Counted from the first letter of the stretch, positions 8,821 through 18,775 are shown. The stretch: 64,000 bases of DNA from an uncultured Halobacteriales archaeon (GCA_964554565.1 CAZKPC010000002.1:14175-78174), one strand, 5' to 3'. The notes: generated by a model not told the origin, from the sequence alone. Numbers and translations are program-made.

Positions 8821-9588
8821 ATGCTACTCCGAACCCAGGGTCCAGCCGTGTGCACGCTGGTGATCGCCTGGCAGGTCCTTCAGGAGACCCCCATAGCCGT
8901 AGCGGCCAACCGTGACGAGGCCCTCGACCGACCGGCGAAGCCGCCGGCGCTCATCGAGGAGGAACCCAGGATCGTGGCCCCGCTGGATGCCGAGGCGGGC
9001 GGCACCTGGCTGGGCTACAACGAGGACGGGCTTCTCGTCGGGCTCAGCAACCGCTGGTCGGCGACCGATCGGGAGGGCACGCGGTCCAGAGGGCTCCTCG
9101 TGCGGGACCTGTTGGCGTCGGACTCGGCCACGGCCGCCGGCAGTCGTGTCGGGGAGGCCGTCCGGTCCGAGTCCTACGAGCCGTTCAACCTCCTCGTCGC
9201 GGACCCGGAGGAGGCCCTGATCTTCGAGTGGGATGACGGACTCCGGTCCGCCGAACTCGACCCGGGGGTCCACGCCATGCTGAACGCCGGGTGGGACGAT
9301 CGGTTCGTCGAGATGCCCGGGCGGGAGGAACTCTCCGCCGAGCAGCTGGCCAACGCGGGGCAGCTCCGGGCGGAGTTAGCGGTTTCGACGGACGAAACGG
9401 CCGAGGAGTGGCTTGACCGGGCGGCCGCGGTGCTGGCTGATCACGAGTACGGCGTATGCGTCCACCGGGACGGCTTCGGCACGCGCTCCTGTTCGCTCAT
9501 CGCTCTCGATTCGGATGGCGCGCTGTACCGATACGCGGACGGCCCCCCGTGTGAAACCGAGTTCACGTCGGTAGAAGCGCAGGTTTAA
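8821..9588 (+). CDS. NRDE-family (TANGO2/DUF833-like) protein
   Basis: ...CTLVIAWQVLQETPIAVAANRDEALDRPAKPP... contains the NRDE motif. ORF 8590..9588 trimmed. The GTG at 8848 would give the family-typical Met-Cys N-terminus and may be the true start. Confidence 0.8.
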   Translation: MLLRTQGPAVCTLVIAWQVLQETPIAVAANRDEALDRPAKPPALIEEEPRIVAPLDAEAGGTWLGYNEDGLLVGLSNRWSATDREGTRSRGLLVRDLLASDSATAAGSRVGEAVRSESYEPFNLLVADPEEALIFEWDDGLRSAELDPGVHAMLNAGWDDRFVEMPGREELSAEQLANAGQLRAELAVSTDETAEEWLDRAAAVLADHEYGVCVHRDGFGTRSCSLIALDSDGALYRYADGPPCETEFTSVEAQV

Positions 9589-9614
9589 ACGGTCCGCTGG
9601 CGCTATCACTGCCT

Positions 9615-9971
9615 ATGAGCGCTGCGGCCCAGGAGACGGACCTCTCGGAGGACGAGCGGGCGGGACTCGAACTCATCCGCGAGGAGGGAGGCATCTATCA
9701 GAGCGAGTTCTGGAAGGCCCTCGACGTGTCCTCCCGCAAGGGCAGCCGGATCGTCGAATCGCTGCTCGAGCAGGACCTGATCAACCGGGACGAAGCCGTC
9801 TACCAGGGCCACCGGACTTACTACCTCTCCCCGGCCGCCGCCGACCTCGAGTTCTCGCTGCTGATGGCCGGCGACATGCTGTCGCCGTTCGTCGGCGAGG
9901 AAGACATCGACGTGCAGTCCGACGCGTTCTCGCAGTGGATCATGAACCTGGCGTACGAGGACGCCGAATAG
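9615..9971 (+). CDS. winged-helix DNA-binding protein (MarR/TrmB-like)
   Basis: 118 aa. IYQSEFWKALDVSSRKGSRIVESLLEQDLINRDEAVYQGHRTYYL is a wHTH plus wing pattern. Confidence 0.7.
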   Translation: MSAAAQETDLSEDERAGLELIREEGGIYQSEFWKALDVSSRKGSRIVESLLEQDLINRDEAVYQGHRTYYLSPAAADLEFSLLMAGDMLSPFVGEEDIDVQSDAFSQWIMNLAYEDAE

Positions 9972-10131
9972 CCGCGTAACGGCCGTTAGCGAGCGACCCC
10001 GCCGAAGGTTCTGTACCCCGATTGTCAGTCCGCCGCTGCCAACTGAGACCGATCAGTGTCGGCGCCGGATCGACCAAGGAACCCCCAGCCACTCGGATCC
10101 GTTCCGCGGAGCGAACGCCTTTGCCGCCGCA

Positions 10132-10341
10132 ATGGGAACACGGCCGACAATGGTGTGTCCCTACCTCGAGTATCGGCGGTCCGACGGGGACCGGACCTTC
10201 GACCGCGAGCGACCGTACTGTACGGCGGCCCACCGGTTCGTCCAACCGATGCGCGCCGACATCTGTCGGGGCCGGTTCGACCTCGAACCGGCCGAGCACT
10301 GCGAGATCTATCGAGCGGCGGAGGACCTGGAGGACGCCTGA
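10132..10341 (+). CDS. small four-Cys protein, translationally abutting the downstream BKACE gene
   Basis: MGTRPTMVCPYLEYRRSD...PYCTAAHRF...DICRGRF...EHCEIYRAAEDLEDA. The stop TGA at 10339-10341 is immediately followed by the ATG at 10342. An alternative start is the ATG at 10150. Confidence 0.5.
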   Translation: MGTRPTMVCPYLEYRRSDGDRTFDRERPYCTAAHRFVQPMRADICRGRFDLEPAEHCEIYRAAEDLEDA

Positions 10342-11184
10342 ATGGCCTACGCGGATTACCTGGCCGGCGAGCCGGTGATCGTCACGGCCGCCCTGACGGG
10401 CGGTATCCACGGCAAGGAAGCGAACCCGAACCTCCCGGAAACGCCCGCCGAAATCGGCGCCGCGGCAGCCGCTTGTGAGGAAGCGGGCGCGGCGATCGTT
10501 CACCTGCACGCCCGTGAGCCGACCGGTGAGCGGTCCTTCGATCCGGAGCAGTTCCAGGCGGTCACGGACGCGGTCCGTCGCCGCACGGACGCGGTCATCG
10601 TCCAGCACTCGACGGGCGGCACGGGCGTTCCGGTCGAGGAACGGGCCAACGGCCTGAAAACGGACCCACCGCCAGACATGGCCTCGCTGGACATGGGCCC
10701 GTTGAACCGGTATGAACACCTGACGACCGAGAACACGCGGGCCACCATCGATCGGCTGTACGACAGCATGGCCGACCGGGGGATCAAGCCCGAGCTGGAG
10801 GCGTTCAACGACGGTCACCTCAACGAGGTCCACGGCCTGTTCGAGCGGGCGGCGCTCGATGAGCCCGTCTACGTGAACCTCATTCTCGGGCCCGGCACTC
10901 TCACGCCGGCCAACCCCCGGAACCTCGTCCACCTGGTCGAGAACCTCCCTGACGGCGCCCTGTTCAATACGCTCGCCTTCGGCCGCCACCAGCTGCCGCT
11001 CACCACGATGGGACTGATCCTCGGCGGCCACGTCCGGGTCGGCCTCGAGGACAACGTCTACTTCCGCGAGGGCGAACCCGCGGAATCCAACGCGCAGCTG
11101 GTCGAGCGCACCGTCGCCCTGGCCGACATGTTGGAGCGGCCCGTGGCGACGCCGGCACAGGCGCGTTCGATACTCGGACTGTGA
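10342..11184 (+). CDS. BKACE-family enzyme (3-keto-5-aminohexanoate cleavage enzyme-like, DUF849)
   Basis: VIVTAALTGGIHGKEANPNLPETPAEIGAAAAACEEAGAAIVHLHAR...VIVQHSTGG is a typical BKACE N-terminal TIM-barrel signature. Confidence 0.85.
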   Translation: MAYADYLAGEPVIVTAALTGGIHGKEANPNLPETPAEIGAAAAACEEAGAAIVHLHAREPTGERSFDPEQFQAVTDAVRRRTDAVIVQHSTGGTGVPVEERANGLKTDPPPDMASLDMGPLNRYEHLTTENTRATIDRLYDSMADRGIKPELEAFNDGHLNEVHGLFERAALDEPVYVNLILGPGTLTPANPRNLVHLVENLPDGALFNTLAFGRHQLPLTTMGLILGGHVRVGLEDNVYFREGEPAESNAQLVERTVALADMLERPVATPAQARSILGL

Positions 11185-11185
11185 C

Positions 11186-12481
11186 TCAGAAGGCGGCTTC
11201 CACGGCACTGGCAGCGCGGATGGCGGGCCGTTCGCCGAAGGCCGGCCCGATGAGCTGCAGGCCGACCGGCAGGCCTTCCTCGTCCGTGCCGGCCGGGACC
11301 GAGACGGCCGGCAGGTTCGCGAGGTTCACCGGGACGGTGTTCGCGTCCGCGAGATACATCTGCAGTGGGTCCTCGAGCGATTCCCCCAGCTCGAACGCGG
11401 TGACGGGCATCGTCGGACTCGCCAGCACATCGGCCGCCTCGAACGCCGCGTCGAAATCCTGCTGCAGCCAGGCCCGGGCGTCCTGGGCCTTGGCGTAGTA
11501 CTGGTCGTGATAGCCCGCCGAGAGGGCGTAGGTCCCTAACAGCACCCGGCGCTTCACTTCGTCGCCGAAGCCCCGCTCCCGGGACCGTGCGAACGCCTCG
11601 TTCCAATTGCCGTCGTAGCCGCCTGAGACCCCGTACCTGACGCCGTCAAAGCGGGCCAGGTTCGAGGAGGCCTCGGCCATCGCGATGACGTAGTAGGCCG
11701 CGACCGCGTGTTCGATCGAGGGGAGATCGACCTCAGTGATCGTCGCGCCGGCGTCCTCGAGGGCCGAGAGCCCGGCTTCGAACTGGGTCTCGATCCCTTC
11801 CTCGACGCCTTCGATCAACTCCGTGGGCACGCCGATCGTCAACCCGTCCACCGCCTCGCCGGCCGCATCGGCGTAGCTCGCGTCCGCCCCGGCCTCGTGC
11901 GTGGTGGCGTCCTTGGGATCGGGCCCGGCGAGCACTTCGAGGAGCTCCGCGGCTTCCGCAATGGTCGGCGCGATCGGGCCGATCTGCTCGAGGCTGTTCG
12001 CGTAGGCGACCAGGCCGTACCGGGAGACCAGGCCGTAGGTCGGCTTGATCCCGGCCACGCCACAGAACGCGGCCGGACAGCGGATCGAGCCGCCCGTGTC
12101 GGACCCGAGCGCCAGATCGGCCTGCCCGGACGCCACGGCCGCGGCCGAACCGCCGGAGGAGCCGCCGGCGACGTGGGCGTCGTCGACCGGATTCCGAGTC
12201 GGGCCGAACGCCGAGGTCTCGGTGGTCGTGCCCATCCCGAACTCGTCCATGTTCGTCTTGCCCACGATGGTCGCGCCCGCCTCGCGGAGCCGCTCGACGA
12301 CGGTCGCATCGTACGGCGGGACGTAGTCGGCCAGCATAGGTGATGCACAGGTCGTGCGCACGCCCGCGGTCGAGATGTTGTCCTTGACCGCGACCGTCCG
12401 GCCTGATAGCGGCCCCTCGGCCGCCCCATCGATCCGCTCCTGGGTGACGAAGGCGTTCAGCGGATCGTCCTCGGCGCTCAT
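11186..12481 (-). CDS. gatA: aspartyl/glutamyl-tRNA amidotransferase subunit A
   Basis: 431 aa. Amidase signature GGSSGGSAAAVASGQADLALGSDTGGSIRCPAAFCG. Overlaps gatC by 4 nt. Confidence 0.95.
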   Translation of the reverse strand: MSAEDDPLNAFVTQERIDGAAEGPLSGRTVAVKDNISTAGVRTTCASPMLADYVPPYDATVVERLREAGATIVGKTNMDEFGMGTTTETSAFGPTRNPVDDAHVAGGSSGGSAAAVASGQADLALGSDTGGSIRCPAAFCGVAGIKPTYGLVSRYGLVAYANSLEQIGPIAPTIAEAAELLEVLAGPDPKDATTHEAGADASYADAAGEAVDGLTIGVPTELIEGVEEGIETQFEAGLSALEDAGATITEVDLPSIEHAVAAYYVIAMAEASSNLARFDGVRYGVSGGYDGNWNEAFARSRERGFGDEVKRRVLLGTYALSAGYHDQYYAKAQDARAWLQQDFDAAFEAADVLASPTMPVTAFELGESLEDPLQMYLADANTVPVNLANLPAVSVPAGTDEEGLPVGLQLIGPAFGERPAIRAASAVEAAF

Positions 12482-12753
12482 GAGACGGGGGGCCCTTTGA
12501 AATAGCCGTCCTCGGTATCCGGGGCGTTCCGGAGGGCTTCATCCTGCTCCAGCCCGTCCTCGACCTCGTCGGCTCGCATCACGTTGACCAAGTCCGGCTC
12601 GGATTCGACGGACGGGACCTCGTCCAACGTTTCGAAGTGGGCCAGGATCTCGGCGAACTGTTCGGCGAAGGCGTCGACCTCCTCGTCCGCCAGCTGGATC
12701 CGGGCCAGGGACGCGATGTGGCGGACCTCGTCGGGGTCGACGGCGGGGCTCAT
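12478..12753 (-). CDS. gatC: aspartyl/glutamyl-tRNA amidotransferase subunit C
   Basis: MSPAVDPDEVRHIASLARIQLADEEVDAFAEQFAEILAHFETLDEV... Start trimmed to the ATG at 12753. Directly upstream of gatA. Confidence 0.9.
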   Translation of the reverse strand: MSPAVDPDEVRHIASLARIQLADEEVDAFAEQFAEILAHFETLDEVPSVESEPDLVNVMRADEVEDGLEQDEALRNAPDTEDGYFKGPPVS

Positions 12754-12866
12754 GGCTGATGGGAGCCGTGGCGCTGCGGTAAGGGTTTCGGAACCCCGGA
12801 CGCCATGCGAGCCTCCCGCTCGGAGCGAACGAAACGGTTTCCCCATCGACCGAACGGGTACCGGAC

Positions 12867-13337
12867 ATGGAGACGACGCGGCATTTCGTGGCGACCACGT
12901 ACATCGTCAACGACGGGGCGACGGCCCTGCACCCCCACGACGGGCTGGACATGTGGCTGCCGCCGGGCGGCCACCTCGATCGGGACGAACTCCCCCACGA
13001 CGCGGCGGTGCGCGAAGTCCGGGAGGAGACGGGGCTCGACGTCGCCTTGGTTGCCGAGTCGGGCGACCTGGATTCCACGACGGTGCGGAGCTTGCCGGAA
13101 CCGGCCGGCCTGCTGCTCGAGGACATCGATGTCCACGACGGCCACGTGAGTCACCAGCACATCGACTTCGTGTTCTTCGGGTCGGTGCAGCGCCGGACGA
13201 TCGAGCCAGCCCCCGGCGAGGCGCCGGCCGAGGCGTGGGAGTGGTTTACGGCCGCCGACCTGCGGGCGAACGACCCGGAGTTAGCACCCGACGTCCGGGA
13301 GCTGGGGCTCGCGGCGATCGAGGCTGTCGGGAATTGA
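12867..13337 (+). CDS. NUDIX hydrolase
   Basis: Nudix box GGHLDRDELPHDAAVREVREETGL. Confidence 0.85.
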   Translation: METTRHFVATTYIVNDGATALHPHDGLDMWLPPGGHLDRDELPHDAAVREVREETGLDVALVAESGDLDSTTVRSLPEPAGLLLEDIDVHDGHVSHQHIDFVFFGSVQRRTIEPAPGEAPAEAWEWFTAADLRANDPELAPDVRELGLAAIEAVGN

Positions 13338-13388
13338 ACGGCGCCTGCTCGTCGCGGAAGCCGCCCCTGAAGGACCTCTGTAGGGGTC

Positions 13389-14096
13389 TCAGAACCACTC
13401 GTTCAGGCGGGCTCGGACCCGGCGCCGAGCGCCACCCGCCGCCTGTCGAAAGCTGATGTGCCACGGCGTCCGTTTGCCTTCGACCTCGGTCCGGCCGGCC
13501 CTGATCGCGTCGACGATCCCCTGGACGGTTCGTTCCTCAGCTCCGATCCGAGTGACGGCCTGGCCAACCATCTCGCTGATGTGCGCGTCGCTCCCCGCCG
13601 TCATCGGGACGTCGAGTTCTCTGGCGAAGTCTCGGGCCCGGCGGTTGCCGCGTCCGGTCAGCAACCGCGAGTTGTAGACCTCGATGGCATCAACGCTCGC
13701 CAGCTCGGCCCGGGAGACATACGCGCCAACGCCGGAGCGGGACTTCTGGAAGGGATGTGGCACGACGGCGATCCCGCCGTGGTCCCTGATCCGTTCGACG
13801 GTCTCCATGAAGGGGAGCCCGTCCTGAATGCGCTCGGTCACGCCGAGGCCGAGCACGTGGCCGGCCTCGCTGCTGACTTCCAGCCCGGGGATGCCGACGA
13901 GATCGTATGCAGCCGCCTTATCGACCATCTCGAGGCTGGCGTCGATCGCGTCGTGGTCGGTCACGGCTAACGCGTCGAGCCCCACCGCCGCCGCCTGACC
14001 GAGCAACAGGTCGACCGGGTCGCGGCCGTCGTAGGATAGCTGCGAGTGGGTGTGGAGCTCGGCCCGGAGCACGGGTCGCGATAGACCAGGCCCCAC
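13389..14096 (-). CDS. PHP-domain metal-dependent phosphoesterase
   Basis: LRAELHTHSQLSYDGRDPV...LDALAVTDHDAI...AGSDAH motifs. Confidence 0.8.
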   Translation of the reverse strand: MGPGLSRPVLRAELHTHSQLSYDGRDPVDLLLGQAAAVGLDALAVTDHDAIDASLEMVDKAAAYDLVGIPGLEVSSEAGHVLGLGVTERIQDGLPFMETVERIRDHGGIAVVPHPFQKSRSGVGAYVSRAELASVDAIEVYNSRLLTGRGNRRARDFARELDVPMTAGSDAHISEMVGQAVTRIGAEERTVQGIVDAIRAGRTEVEGKRTPWHISFRQAAGGARRRVRARLNEWF

Positions 14097-14138
14097 TAAA
14101 ACGCACTCGGTCCGGATCGCCGTCCCCTGATGGGCGGC

Positions 14139-14318
14139 TCAGGCCAAGGCCAGCGGGAGGCCGAAAGCTACCGCGGCCCCGACGACAGCGATCACGAGGC
14201 CGATGCCGACCTGCCGGAGAGTGAACGGCGTCTGGGGGGCCGTCTCGCGGCTCCAGACCCCGTCCTCCCCGGGCTGATCACTCTCGGCTTCCGCCTCAGT
14301 GTCCGCTTCATCGCTCAT
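14139..14318 (-). CDS. small membrane protein (acidic N-terminus, one TM helix)
   Basis: MSDEADTEAEAESDQPGEDGVWSRETAPQTPFTLRQVGIGLVIAVVGAAVAFGLPLALA. Trimmed from ORF 14139..14429. Confidence 0.45.
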   Translation of the reverse strand: MSDEADTEAEAESDQPGEDGVWSRETAPQTPFTLRQVGIGLVIAVVGAAVAFGLPLALA

Positions 14319-14714
14319 GCTCTGATCTGGTCGGACGACCGACTTCAGGGTACCGATAGGCGTAGTTCGGGAATTCCGCGATAGCGAGAAAGGACTGGCG
14401 CTGCGGTCCTGAGGGAGGTACACTATCATCCTTCAACCCACTGTCAACGGGGGTTCGCCACTCGTGAGGTTCTGTCCGGATAGACCATCATCAGTTCGAC
14501 GACCTGGCCGCGCTGATCCGCGAGATTATCGGGTCAATTCCCCGATGAACGAGGTATCGAGCCGCCAGATCGATACGCGGCCAACCAGTCGATCCGAGCA
14601 GGGGATCAGGCACGGTGAGATTGATAGGTTCTTACGCTCGGGGATGGTTTCCTGCGATAGGAATCGGGTACCGCAGCACCCGCTACTGTGATCCCCGGGA
14701 ATCGGGCCGAACCC

Positions 14715-15530
14715 ATGCCACTCACGAAACGCATCATTCCGTGTATCGACGTCGATCTCGACGAGCAGGGAGAGCCAGCCGTTTACACGGGCGTCCACTT
14801 CGAGGACCTCGCCTATACCGGTGACCCGATCGAGATGGCTCGGGCTTACAACGAGGCCGGCGCGGATGAGCTGGTCTTCCTCGACATCACGGCCTCGGCC
14901 GAGGGCCGAGCGACGATGCTGGACGCCGTGTCGGCGGTCGCTGATGAGGTGTTTATCCCGCTCATGGTCGGGGGCGGGATCCGGACGCAGGCCGATATCA
15001 AGGAAACGCTGCGCGCCGGCGCCGACAAGGTCTCGATCAACACCGCGGCCCTCGATCGACCGGAGCTCATCTCTGAGGGCGCTGCCGCGTTCGGGAGTCA
15101 GTGTATCGTCATCAGCATCGACGCGAAGCGCCGGTTCGATGCCGACGGCGAGCACTACGAACCGGTAAACGGCGAGTCTTGCTGGTTCGAAGCGACGGTC
15201 AAAGGCGGGCGTGAGGGCACCGGGATCGACGTCATCGAATGGGCGGCCGAGGCCGAACAGCGGGGTGCCGGCGAACTGTTCGTGAACTCCATCGACACCG
15301 ATGGGACGCGGGAGGGGTACGATATCCCGCTCACCCGAGCCGTATCGGACGCCGTCTCCACGCCGGTGATCGCCTCGTCTGGCTGTGGCGGCCCGGATGA
15401 CATGTACGAGGCGTTCACCGAAGCTGATGCCGACGCGGCCCTGGCCGCGTCGATCTTTCACTTCGGCGAGTACGGCATCCCGGAAGTCAAGGCGGCCCTC
15501 GCCGAGCAGGGCGTCCCTGTCCGACTCTGA
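14715..15530 (+). CDS. hisF: imidazole glycerol phosphate synthase cyclase subunit
   Basis: [15 protein letters not shown]...[10 protein letters not shown]...PLMVGGGIR...[11 protein letters not shown]. Start trimmed to the ATG at 14715. Confidence 0.95.
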   Translation: MPLTKRIIPCIDVDLDEQGEPAVYTGVHFEDLAYTGDPIEMARAYNEAGADELVFLDITASAEGRATMLDAVSAVADEVFIPLMVGGGIRTQADIKETLRAGADKVSINTAALDRPELISEGAAAFGSQCIVISIDAKRRFDADGEHYEPVNGESCWFEATVKGGREGTGIDVIEWAAEAEQRGAGELFVNSIDTDGTREGYDIPLTRAVSDAVSTPVIASSGCGGPDDMYEAFTEADADAALAASIFHFGEYGIPEVKAALAEQGVPVRL

Positions 15531-15533
15531 ACC

Positions 15534-16124
15534 CTACTTGGATTCCACGGCGAGCGTGAAGCCCCACTGGCCGGACCACGCGGGATCCTGGACCGCGTCG
15601 TCTCGATCAGGGGCCCCGGCGTAGGTCGTTTGGAACCGGAACTCTCCAGGGGGCAAACAACCGCTCCCGTCGGGGCTGGCCCACACACCCAACCGCCGTT
15701 CCGTCGTTTCCCCGGGATCGAGCGAGATCACGCCGTAGTACTCCGGGACGACGACCGGATCTGCGAGCCGCCAACACCCGGGCTCGACCGCGTCGTAATC
15801 GTCGTCGATCGGCAGCAGGGTCAACCCGGGGCGGGCCTGGCTGGTCACGAAGGCGAAGACGATGTCCCGCTCCTCGCCGACTTCGATCGCGTGGTCCGCG
15901 GTGTTCGTAAGCGCCGCCCGGAGCTCCGGGGGACCACCGGCTGTTGGCTCGGCGGCGACGACTTCGATCGCTGGACGAACCGGGAGATCGGGCCGGCCGT
16001 CCGTCTCGGTGATCCTGACGCGCGGTCGGGGCGTCGGGGAGCCCCCACCGGTCGGCACGTTCACACAACCCGCCAACAGCCCGCTCGCGGCCAGGCCACC
16101 GATCAGGTAGTCACGGCGTCGCAT
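15534..16124 (-). CDS. secreted Tat-lipoprotein, function unknown
   Basis: MRRRDYLIGGLAASGLLAGC: twin-arginine motif plus a lipobox Cys. Confidence 0.7.
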   Translation of the reverse strand: MRRRDYLIGGLAASGLLAGCVNVPTGGGSPTPRPRVRITETDGRPDLPVRPAIEVVAAEPTAGGPPELRAALTNTADHAIEVGEERDIVFAFVTSQARPGLTLLPIDDDYDAVEPGCWRLADPVVVPEYYGVISLDPGETTERRLGVWASPDGSGCLPPGEFRFQTTYAGAPDRDDAVQDPAWSGQWGFTLAVESK

Positions 16125-16173
16125 GGCGATCGCGACTGAACAACCAGGCAGTCCCGTCTCCCCGAGCAGCCGA

Positions 16174-16455
16174 TCAGACCGCCGCCTCGTAGGCGTCGAT
16201 CAAGCCGGCCGACGTGTCCTTGATGTTGCCGGCCGCATCCTCGAGCGCGTCCAGCGGGTCGCGATCGTCGGTCTTTACCGAGAGGATGGGATCGGTTTGC
16301 CCGCCGGACTGCTCCGGGTTCATGTCGTAGGTCGCCGCGGTCACGCCCTCACTTTCCAGGAGTGCGCCCTTGAGGACGTTCATGAACGTGTGGTCCTCAC
16401 CCCCGATCTCGATGACGAGTTCGGCCTCCGACTTCTCGATGACGCGGAGTTCCAT
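16174..16455 (-). CDS. rpoL: DNA-directed RNA polymerase subunit L (Rpo11)
   Basis: [50 protein letters not shown]... with the EDHT motif. Confidence 0.85.
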   Translation of the reverse strand: MELRVIEKSEAELVIEIGGEDHTFMNVLKGALLESEGVTAATYDMNPEQSGGQTDPILSVKTDDRDPLDALEDAAGNIKDTSAGLIDAYEAAV

Positions 16456-16512
16456 ACGCGCCGTACCCTGTTCGCGGGTTTGAACGTTTCGTCTCGCTGA
16501 ATCGAGACGGCG

Positions 16513-17040
16513 CTACGGCAGCTGTTTCCGGTAGACGTAGGTCCGGTGGCGGCCGGCCTCGGTCTCGAACGACGCCGTGCCGTCCCGCTCGAACCCGCGA
16601 GCCTCGTAGAACGCGATCCCGATGTCGTTGCCGACCAACGTCTCGAGGGCGAGGCTGTCGATGTCCGTCGGGAGCCGATCGATACCCGCTCGGAGCAGGG
16701 CCGTTCCGAAGCCCTCGCCCCACCACTCGGGATCCACGTAGAGTTCCTTGAGCTCGGCCTCGCCGTCGCGCACACTGGACTTCGTCTCGTCGGCCCCCCA
16801 GCGGAAGACGGCGTAGCCCTGCACCGTGCCGGCGTCGTCCTCGGCCACGAGCACTTTGTCGTCGTACTCGGCCAGCCGCTCGTACCGAGCGCGCACCGCC
16901 TCCGGCCCCGGATCCGCGTCGGCGACGTCCTGAATGACGGTGTCCGGTAGGACGCCCGCGTAGGCGGCCTCCCAGGCACGAGCGTGCGCCCGCATCAGTT
17001 CTCGAACGTCTTCCTCGTCCTGGATCAACCGGACCCGCAT
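16513..17040 (-). CDS. GNAT-family N-acetyltransferase
   Basis: ELKELYVDPEWWGEGFGTALLRAGI...AFYEARGFE (motif A region). Confidence 0.85.
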   Translation of the reverse strand: MRVRLIQDEEDVRELMRAHARAWEAAYAGVLPDTVIQDVADADPGPEAVRARYERLAEYDDKVLVAEDDAGTVQGYAVFRWGADETKSSVRDGEAELKELYVDPEWWGEGFGTALLRAGIDRLPTDIDSLALETLVGNDIGIAFYEARGFERDGTASFETEAGRHRTYVYRKQLP

Positions 17041-17122
17041 GTCCGAGGCCTCGGCGCGCTACATCGAAAGCTCTTGGCCGCGTGTACCAATTCCTAACTG
17101 CCCCCGGTCCGTGCAATTGGCC

Positions 17123-18769
17123 ATGGTATCGGTGCCGCCGTGGCTGCCGGCCACCGAACTCGGCGTGGTCCTCGCGCTGCTGGTATCGGTGGCAGTCGTT
17201 CGGTGGCTCGAGCGAGCGACCGACTGGGGGGCCACGCGTCGGGCTCGTCTCCTATTGGGCGTGCCCTGGGGCACCATCACGAGCGGGCTGTTCGTCCTGG
17301 CGGTCTACTTGGTGCTGCAAGGCGGCGTCGACCACTGGAACGCCCCGCTGGTCCTGCCGTATCGGGCCTGGTCCTATCTCTATCCGCTCGGTGTGGCGGT
17401 AGCACCCTTCGCGCACAACGGCGTCGGCCATCTCACCGGGAACCTGCTCGGCACGGTCGTGATCGGGTCGCTGGCCGAGTTCGCTTGGGGCCACTATCCG
17501 ACTCGGCGGGGAGCCGAGGCCTTCGATGGCTGGCGGGCCAACCCGTACGTCCGAGCGTTTGTCGTCTTCCCGGCGGGGGTGATCGCCGTCGGCCTCCTCA
17601 CCGGCCTCTTCTCCTGGGGGCCGGTCATCGGCTTCTCCGGCGTCGTGTTCGCGTTCGCCGGGTTCGCCCTGGTCCGCTATCCGATCTGGACCGTGGTGGC
17701 GCTCACCGTGGATGACGTGGTGGGTGTGTTCTATCGCGCTCTCGACACCCCGGTCGTCGTCGCGCAGGCCGAGCCCTCGTTCGGCCGCCCTTGGTGGGCC
17801 GGGATCGCGATCCAGGGCCACCTGCTCGGGCTCTTCCTCGGGCTCGCGCTCGGGGCCGCCGTCCTCGGCCAGCGATCCCGCAGCCCGTCCCGGTTGTGGG
17901 CCGGCAGCCTCCTCGTCGGGACGTCGCTGTCGCTCTGGGCCGTTTGGTGGTTCCGCGGGAGCAGCGAGTTCGTCCTGTTCCGGGGGCTCGGCGTGATCCT
18001 GGTCCTCGGGCTGGCGTTGGTGATCACGCTGGGCGTCCTGGCGACCCATTCGGCGGAGCCGCTCCCCCGGACGGCGTTCCCGATCAGATCGCTCGGGCTC
18101 GTCCTGCTGATCCTCCCGGCCGCCGCCGTGAGCGGTGTCGCCGTCCCGTTGAACCTGACCACCGTGTCAGACCAGGCCGCGCCGGGCGATGGACCCGCGA
18201 TCGAGGTCCGCGACTACACCGTGGTGTATGCCGAGGACGTCGTCAACCAACAGACCAGCATCGTGAACCTGAGCCTGATGGGTGAGACCACGCAGGTCCG
18301 CTCCAGCGGGGTCATCGTGATCAGCAGCGATCGCCAGATCTGGACTCAGGCGGTGTCGAAAGCGCGACTCGACTTCGCGGGCCGGAACCGGGTCATCCTG
18401 GGCGGCCCTGGCTGGCGTGAATCCGTGATTGCGACCCGTGAGGGTTGGGACGTAACGGGCAACGGCACGGCCTATCGGGTCTTTCTGAAACCGCCCGGCG
18501 GTCCTCAGCAGCTCGCGTTCCTCTCCTCGGCCCGGATCGCCGAGCCGGTGCTGCGCGGGCACCGGATCGAAGTCGATCCCGGTATCGGGGGCTTCACGCT
18601 TGACGTTCGCCGGGACAATCGGACCGTCGACTCGGTCCCGTTACCGACCGCCAACGAGTCGCAAACCGCTGCCGGCATCACCTTCAGGCGCAACGGCTCC
18701 CGGATCCTGGCTGCCGTGAACGGGACCCGTGTCGTGATCGCCCAACGGGAGACGTATCGTGGTCGGTGA
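17123..18769 (+). CDS. rhomboid-family intramembrane serine protease with extra TM helices and a ~190-aa C-terminal extracytoplasmic domain
   Basis: FAHNGVGHLTGNLLG (HxxxxHxxxN), GFSGVVFAFAG (GxSG) and AIQGHLLGLFLG (catalytic His helix). Start moved to the ATG at 17123, because the ATG at 17039 overlaps the divergent GNAT start. Confidence 0.85.
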   Translation: MVSVPPWLPATELGVVLALLVSVAVVRWLERATDWGATRRARLLLGVPWGTITSGLFVLAVYLVLQGGVDHWNAPLVLPYRAWSYLYPLGVAVAPFAHNGVGHLTGNLLGTVVIGSLAEFAWGHYPTRRGAEAFDGWRANPYVRAFVVFPAGVIAVGLLTGLFSWGPVIGFSGVVFAFAGFALVRYPIWTVVALTVDDVVGVFYRALDTPVVVAQAEPSFGRPWWAGIAIQGHLLGLFLGLALGAAVLGQRSRSPSRLWAGSLLVGTSLSLWAVWWFRGSSEFVLFRGLGVILVLGLALVITLGVLATHSAEPLPRTAFPIRSLGLVLLILPAAAVSGVAVPLNLTTVSDQAAPGDGPAIEVRDYTVVYAEDVVNQQTSIVNLSLMGETTQVRSSGVIVISSDRQIWTQAVSKARLDFAGRNRVILGGPGWRESVIATREGWDVTGNGTAYRVFLKPPGGPQQLAFLSSARIAEPVLRGHRIEVDPGIGGFTLDVRRDNRTVDSVPLPTANESQTAAGITFRRNGSRILAAVNGTRVVIAQRETYRGR

Positions 18770-18775
18770 TCGCGG

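Noticed and set aside
9940-11208. 422-aa minus-strand ORF
   Set aside because: It is antisense to the BKACE gene and the small Cys ORF. The translation is Arg/Gly/Val-rich with no motifs, whereas the plus-strand genes have clear family signatures.
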